From the NCBI GenBank assembly GCA_963693365.1, contig CAVNZM010000007.1:8739962-8803961 (forward strand): DNA of 64,000 nucleotides, given 5' to 3'. This document shows positions 56,701 through 64,000 of the stretch, one piece after another. Both the position numbers and the translations under genes were made by a program. The notes under the pieces are model-generated. The model searched no databases. It saw only the letters and a list, made by a program, of their open reading frames with translations, and had not been told where the DNA came from. Origin of the DNA: Amoebidium appalachense. Lineage: Eukaryota > Protista > Ichthyosporea. Position 1 is the first letter of the stretch. Every line of letters begins with the position of its first letter.

Positions 56701-57869
56701 CGCGCGTGTGTGTGTCTGTGTGTCGTGTGTGTGTGGATTTTTCTTCATTTGTCTCTGTGTCTGTCTGTTTCTCTCTCTCTTTTCTTATTTTTCTTTCTTT
56801 TCTTTGTTTCTCTTTCCGGGGGGGGGAGGGGGGGGGAGAGGGGCACAGGGTGAAATGGATGGGGGAAGGGGGGGGGGGGGGGGTTGGGTTCGCAGCTAGT
56901 ATGTCCTTGTGGCCGCTTGTATCACGTATTAACTTTCCCTCTATCGTCCCCTTTACCTCTAACCCCCCCCCTCTCCCCCCCCTCCCCCTCCCCTCCTCCC
57001 CTCCCCCCCCCCCGGCTTCTCACACCCCTCACCCACCAAACCCACCAACCTTCCTCACAAACACACCTCCCCCCCGCCCCCTCCCCCCCTTCCCCTGTTC
57101 CCCCCCCCCCCCCCCCCCCCCCATTTTCCCCTTAATGCCTTTTTTGTTCAGGCTTGGTGGGGCGCTTGGTGCAGCTGTCACGGGGCCTATGGAGGTTGTG
57201 AAGACACGACTGCAGTCGTCCAACTACAACGTGGCATCGGGCAACCACCACGGCATTGTGCATTTTCTGAAGTAAATATATCCCCCCTCCCCCCCCCCCC
57301 CCCCCCCCCTCCCCTTCGCCAGCCAACACACACACACACCTGTACCAACACACACACGCGCGCGCGCACACACACAAACACATACGTACACACAAAAACA
57401 CATAAAACACAAACACAGGCACACAAATTGACACACACGGGTGCACGTGCGCGTGCACACACACACACTCAGAAGGGCTCTGCCTATCTGCATGACTTTT
57501 GCATGTTTTTGCGGTGCATGCGGTTGTGTCTTTGCACATTGTTCTCCCATATATACCTGTGTGCTTCGTGCTGTGTATAGCATCCTAACCCGCCATCAAC
57601 ACTGACAGAAGCCCCCCCCCCCCCCCCCCCCCCCCCACACCAACACACACACACACACCTCACTCACCATAATTTACACTTCCCATACGTGACACTATGA
57701 AGCGAGTTGCTTTTGTGTGCTAGAACAGAAAAGCATGTGTCGCTGTGATGGTATATAATCAAGTTCCCCAGTGACATCCGTGCATCAATAGGGCACATAC
57801 GTGCACACTCGGATGCAATACTTGCAATACTTGCATCATGTGCACACACATGGGCGTGCACACAAAAAA

Positions 57870-57938
<69 letters not shown>

Positions 57939-58932
57939 CACACACAACCACTCCATTTGTGCAGAGCCCTCTGTTCCATAACACCTACATCCACGCGTAC
58001 TTGCACAACACCCACGTTTCCTGCCATGTACCCATTGCACCTAAATGAAATAAATAAACATAGGAGGGCGGGGTAGGCTCCCCCGGGGGGGGGGGGGGGA
58101 AGGGAGTGAGCAGGACTGTGTGGATGGGGGAGGCAGTATGGGTGGCTGCCCTGGTGCATGTGCATCCCCCCACTCCCCCCCCCCTCCCTCTCCCCCCCAC
58201 CTGCATTGGTGATTATGGTTTATCTCCAACCCCCCCCCCCCCCCTTTCGCCCTTCCTCCTTATCCTCCTCCTCCTCCTCCCCTCCCCTCGGGCGTTGAGA
58301 AAAAGGGGAAAAAAATAATAAAGCATTGTAGCAGTAACACTACCGGTTTTCCTACATTTAGGTCATGTCTCCACGTTGTGTGCTCGGCGTGACAATAACC
58401 CCCCCCCCCTCCCCCCTCTTTTCCCCTCCCTCTCCCATCTCCCCACCTCCTCCTCTCTGCCACAGACACATAAAGCGGACAGAAGGCACACGGGCGCTGT
58501 GGAAAGGCCTTCTTCCAACCCTCGTGGGGGTGACCCCATCACGGTACGTGCACACACACACACACACACACACAGGTGCACTTGACACACATCTGATGTG
58601 AATGTGTTGGACCATGTGTGCAGGGACATGTGGGCCTTGTGGATTTGGTGCACGAGTGCGAATAAAGGGAATGCAGATTTTCATTCGCACGTTCACTTAC
58701 ATACTCCCCCCCCCCACCCCCCAAACTCCCCCCGGGGACTCGAACTTGGGTACCGTGGATGACTGGGCTCCCCTGGAGGATGGGCTCTGCTTATTATGCT
58801 TTTTATGTGTCCCTCACACCCTGCCTTGTGTTGTTCGTCATGAATATGTGTTTCGTACTCATGTAACGTAACCTAACCCCCCCCCCCCCCCCCCCTCTCT
58901 ACTCACATTCACACACACGGACAGCCACACAT

Positions 58933-59009
<77 letters not shown>

Positions 59010-59067
59010 ACACACACACACACACACACACACGAGGACACACACGCACACATTCACGCGCGCGTAT

Positions 59068-59114
<47 letters not shown>

Positions 59115-59627
59115 GCGGTGTACTTCATGGTGTATTCACAGACAAAGGCTGCCATGACCACTGATATGGGCATTCAGAATGGGCTCTCGGTGCATATGAC
59201 GGCCGCTGCAGCGGCCAGTAACCCCCCCCCCCCCCCCCCCCCCTCTCCCTCACCCTACGCCAAAAAAAAAAAATGTGGAGGGGGGGGGGGGGGGAGGGAG
59301 GGATCTCGTTTTGCCAATATAGGCAGTGGCAAGTGCTAGGGTTAGTGTTTGCATCACTTTTCTTGGTTTGTTGTTGTTGGTGTGCATGTACCGCCGGGGG
59401 GGGGGGGGGGGGGGGGGGAGGGGGGGGAGGGGGGGAGGGAGGAGGGAGGAGGGTTGGGGGGGGAGGGGGGGCTAGTGTCCTACGTGGCTTGACAACACCT
59501 GCACCGTAAGGGTATGATGTTAGCTTGCAGTGCAAAAGCATAGGATATGCTGAAAGGGTTGGGTGGGGGGCCAAATGTTCCGCTGAATGAATCACATTCC
59601 CTTTCCGTTACATTGTAAGTCTGACAT

Positions 59628-59664
<37 letters not shown>

Positions 59665-59893
59665 TTCCCTCCCTCCCTTCCCCCACCCACCCACCCACCC
59701 ACACACACACACACACAGCTCTGTCTGCGGCGACATTCACCAACCCTCTCTGGGTGATAAAGACTCGCCTTCAGCTTAGTGAAACCGCAATTGGTATTGA
59801 CCCCCCCCCCCCCCCCCCCCCGCCCCGCCCCGGCTCTTCGTACTCCTTAGCCGGGGGTCAGCTACCGTTCTCTCTATTCCTCCACCTCCTCCC

Positions 59894-59933
<40 letters not shown>

Positions 59934-60082
59934 CACACACACACACCCAAGAAAAAAGAAGAAGAACGCTGCTATGCAGTCTCTTTCCTCACTCTCCTCT
60001 ATTCCTGGTACTCGTCTTCTTCCTCCGCACCAGCTCCCTCCCGTCCCCCCATTCCCTCCCCCCCCCTCCCCCCCCTCCACGT

Positions 60083-60150
<68 letters not shown>

Positions 60151-61089
60151 ACCCCCCCCCCCCCCCCCCCCCCCCCGAAGGGAAAAAAGAGGTCTTTGTG
60201 CCCGCATTAGCCACCCTCGACTCCCCCCCCTCCTTCTCCCCTCCCCCCCCCCCCCCCCCCCCCCCTGTGGAGACCGCTTTACTTCCATGCAACCGGGCAT
60301 GGTTGCTCTGTGCGTGCATCTGTAAGCACATACGCAATTTTTCGCTGCACTGCATTAGTTTGCACACACATAATCACCGTTTTGCTCACCTTGCTTGCAT
60401 AAGCAACCCTGCTCGTCTTTGATCAAGACGGGTTGACCCTCCCAAGTTCAGTTGATGCTGCTGTCTGAGTTGGAGAGTCGTATATACGCGGGCTAAGGGG
60501 TCGAAAATCAGACGCAATTGATGACTTGGGCCCTCCCTGAGGATGGGCTCTGCTTATGACGCATACTGTGCGCATGGCTATGTTGCATACTTGAATATTT
60601 GCCTTTGCATGTGTCCTTCGTGTATGCGAACTTCGTACCGTGTTCCGCATTCAAAACCCCCCAGTCTTCTTTCAGAGGTGTCCTTTCAGGACAGACCACT
60701 GTGTGGAGACCGCTTTACTTCCATGCAACCGGGCAGGGTTGCTCTGTGTCGTGCATCTGTAAGCACATACGCATTTTTCGCTGCACTGCATTAGTTTGCA
60801 CACACATATTCACCGTTTTGCTCACCTTGTTTGCATAAGCAACCCTGCTCGTCTTTGATCAAGACGGGTTGACCCTCCCAAGTTCAGTTGATGCTGCTGT
60901 CTGAGTTGGAGAGTCGTATATACGCGGGCTAAGGGGTCGAAACTCAGACGCAATTGATGACTTGGGCCCTCCCTGAGGATGGGCTCTGCTTATGACGCAT
61001 ACTGTGCGCATGGCTATGTTGCATACTTGAATATTTGCCTTTGCATGTGTCCTTCGTGTATGCGTACTTCGTACCGTGTGCCGCATTCA

Positions 61090-61124
<35 letters not shown>

Positions 61125-61281
61125 ACGCACACACACACATACCTTGCCGGTTCCTTTTACTTTGCCGTGGATCGCCCTCACACATGGCTTCTGCTTTTAG
61201 CACCCCACCTGTGTTTGGGTTCTGTCTGGACGGCCTGCGCTTGTAACGTTGGCTGGCTTCGATTCTATACATCGGATGTGC

Positions 61282-61336
<55 letters not shown>

Positions 61337-61415
61337 TGCGCGCGCGTACGCGTGTGTGTGCATTCGCGCACATGGGCACGCACGCCCCCATGTGTGTGAG
61401 AGTGCAGGTATTCGG

Positions 61416-61472
<57 letters not shown>

Positions 61473-62845
61473 TGTGTGTGTGTGCATTCGCGCACATGTG
61501 CACACACGCCCCCATGTGTGTGAGAGTGCAGGTATTCGGGCGTGTCTGTGTGTGTGCGTGTGCGTGTGTGCATTACGCTTTTGTGCGCCCCCCTTTTTTG
61601 GGGGGGGGGGGGGAGGGGGGATTTGGGTGTGGATTGGTGAGAGAGGGTCGTGTTGAGGCATTTTGATATGGGTGAGAATGTTGGGGGTTTTAAGGGAAGG
61701 TGTGGAGGGGAGGGGCGGGTTGAGGCTCACTATGTATATACTCACACAGGCAAGGAGGGGCGTGGGCGTCAACTAGCCGTGTGCGTAAAGCAGCTGTGGC
61801 GTGAAGGAGGAATCAAAGCCTTCTACCGTGGTTTGACAGCGTCTTATTTTGGCACTGCTGAAACCATTGTACAGTTTGTGATCTATGAGAGGCTCAAGGA
61901 GTGGGCGGCGGCTAGACCAGACCGCACTGCTTCTCATTCAAATGGTAGGTGATAAAAACATGAAACAAAAAAGACAAAAAAAGAAAAAGGGAAAATGGAA
62001 AATTTGTTGTGTGTAACGGAGAAATGTGGCTGGTCAGTGTTGAATGTGGGGGGTCGAGAGAACGTGTGGGTGTGACGGGAAGTTTCGAGGCTGCAGATAT
62101 AAATCGCCCCCTGCCCCCTCCCTCCCCCCTTCTCTGACCCAGAGGCTCAATTAGACACCACCACCGTTGGGCTCACACTCACACAAATACTTGCACTCTT
62201 GCACACACACAGACATCCACACACATGCAAACACATGCAAACAGAAGAAGAGAAAAGTACGACACCGATGCATGTGGATACATACATACACACACACATA
62301 CACGCACGCGTACAAGCACACACACACACACACACACACGCACACACACACAGATGCACCTCACATTTCAGCCATCATACTGTATAACCGTGCACTGAAA
62401 ACTGTTGATGAAGTTGCATCCTCTCTTCTCCCCTTTCCCCCCCCCCCCCCCCCCCCCCCTCTCCCCCCCCACCGCCGTACCCTTGCGTGCCTTTTTTCTC
62501 CAGTGGTGTGTGTGTGTGTATGTGTGTGTGTGTGTGAACTTGTGTGGCGGAAGGGGGGGGGGGGGGGGGGGGGGGGGGGCTGGAGATGGCCTTAACAACA
62601 ACAAAAACCCGCAGATGGTTACAACCACACATGCACATACACAACACAATCACTCTCGTTTTCCCTTACCCCGATTCCCACCAGTGATGATGGAGTCTTT
62701 CTTGCTCTCTGGTGTCAGCAAGTTGGTGGCCTGTGTGTCTGCATACCCCCATGAGGTACGAAAACCCCCCTTCCCCTCCCCCCCCCCCCCCCCCAAACAC
62801 ACATTCGCACGCACGCGGGTACGCACACACACAGACAAACACATG

Positions 62846-62898
<53 letters not shown>

Positions 62899-63571
62899 TA
62901 CACACACACATACACATACACGTGCACACACAGACACGCAAACACACAGACTCACACACACACTACACACACACATACACACACTCACACTCACACACAC
63001 ACTCACACTCACACATGGTTTAAGTGTGTATGTGTTCTATCCTAGAGTGCACACTGGCGTATTTGAGGGGTTTTCCCAAAAAGGACAAAGACCTTATTCT
63101 TCCTGCTACCTTGATACTTCGAGAAATGCTGGTGTGTAAGAGTGGGTCTCTAAAAGACGCTTTTGATTTTGTGCCACAGATATCCCTAATAGGCCAGGCA
63201 GCAAGGACACACACACACACACACATTTTGTTTTTTCTTTTTCTCTTATCCTGTTTTGTTCGCGGATGGACCCCCCAGGGGGGCTCTCATAAGAACTACC
63301 GTCTTCCACACAGCAGCGACTGTACCCTATTTAGGGTGCTAAAGGTGCAATTAGCCACACACACACACACACACTCACTCACACACACACACACACACAC
63401 AAACACACATTCATTTCGTGTTCTATCACATCCTGACACTAAAACCTGTGCCCTAGGTTGTCCGAACACGTATGCGTGAGCCTGTTGTTGATGGGGTGGT
63501 GAGGTATGAGCGGTTCATTTCAAGTCTGCGCTACATTCTGAAGAATGAGGGCATACGTGGCTGGTACAGTG
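56109..63571 (+). CDS. RIM2: Mitochondrial pyrimidine nucleotide carrier (SLC25A33/SLC25A36/Rim2 family), 3' end outside window
   Basis: Exons approx. 56109-56284 ([10 protein letters not shown]), 57152-57271 ([12 protein letters not shown]), 58465-58543 ([21 protein letters not shown]), 59114-59217 (AVYFMVYS), 59719-59792 ([13 protein letters not shown]), 61750-61945 ([11 protein letters not shown]...QFVIYERLK), 62684-62755 ([13 protein letters not shown]), 63457-63571 (VVRTRMRE). Three carrier-signature repeats, including the PLWV and YPHEV variants typical of this subfamily. Confidence 0.93.
60266..61092. repeat. Intronic tandem duplication of complex sequence, period 436 bp, two near-identical copies
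   Basis: Copy 1 starts TGTGGAGACCGC at 60266 and copy 2 at 60702. Both end GCATTCAAA-C-run. Confidence 0.95.
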
Positions 63572-63915
63572 GTATGCATACCCCCCCCCCCCCCCCCCCC
63601 CCCCCGCCCTCCCTCCCTCCCACAAAAAAAAAAAAAAAAAAAAAAAAAAGAACCCAAACCCCAAATCCCCTACCCCCACATACCCACCCACTGAAATGCA
63701 TATACACACCCACCCACACAAACACACAAGAATAAGGGGAGGGGGAGGGGGGGAAAGAAAAGAAATCAAGAGGATGATTTTTGTTACAAGTACCAACACG
63801 AGCATCCAGCTCAGTTTGTGCACCCCTCTTGAATCAGCCATGCCTTGTGAGTTATGCAGTTATGCTTGCCGCAGCTTGTTTCGAACCTAATGTGGTGGTG
63901 TGCTGTGAAAATTGC

Positions 63916-63959
<44 letters not shown>

Positions 63960-64000
63960 TGTGCTCTGCTTTTTATGCATACTCTGTGTGGTTTGCACTC

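Noticed and set aside
60519-60560. SECIS element
   Set aside because: Intronic location, no apical AA and no 3' GA of the quartet.

Overview
Eukaryotic genomic DNA with spliceosomal GT-AG introns packed with (CA)/(GT)/(CT) microsatellites and C/G homopolymers; the organism cannot be fixed from sequence alone (a unicellular opisthokont-like protist is plausible but unproven). Most ORFs in the track are translated microsatellite. Five multi-exon genes can be rebuilt with consistent splice phases: an ABCG/White half-transporter (-), an SLC35/TPT-type nucleotide-sugar transporter (-), an orphan protein (-), a type-I membrane protein with alternating carbohydrate-binding-like and thrombospondin-1 domains (-), and a Rim2/SLC25A33/36 mitochondrial carrier (+, runs off the window). 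Mobile DNA: an intact-looking LINE at the left edge (ORF1 plus APE-RT ORF2 plus polyA), a diverged internal fragment of the same LINE nested inside two other elements, and several non-autonomous TIR elements, three with clean 8-bp TSDs (hAT-type). Most notable: (1) the LINE fragment is fused to a ~100-bp sequence that also lies just downstream of the intact copy's polyA, although the substitution pattern points to a sibling source copy, suggesting sequence-specific targeting or co-mobilisation; (2) a 72-bp direct-repeat-bounded carrier of unknown class; (3) two different hAT elements, one only 35 bp, stacked at the same 8-bp target, giving a triple TSD; (4) a ~24-unit palindromic array with mirror symmetry; (5) 3' splice sites built from (CA)n or poly-C rather than U-rich tracts. 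Exon coordinates and counts were read by eye and may be off by a few bases.
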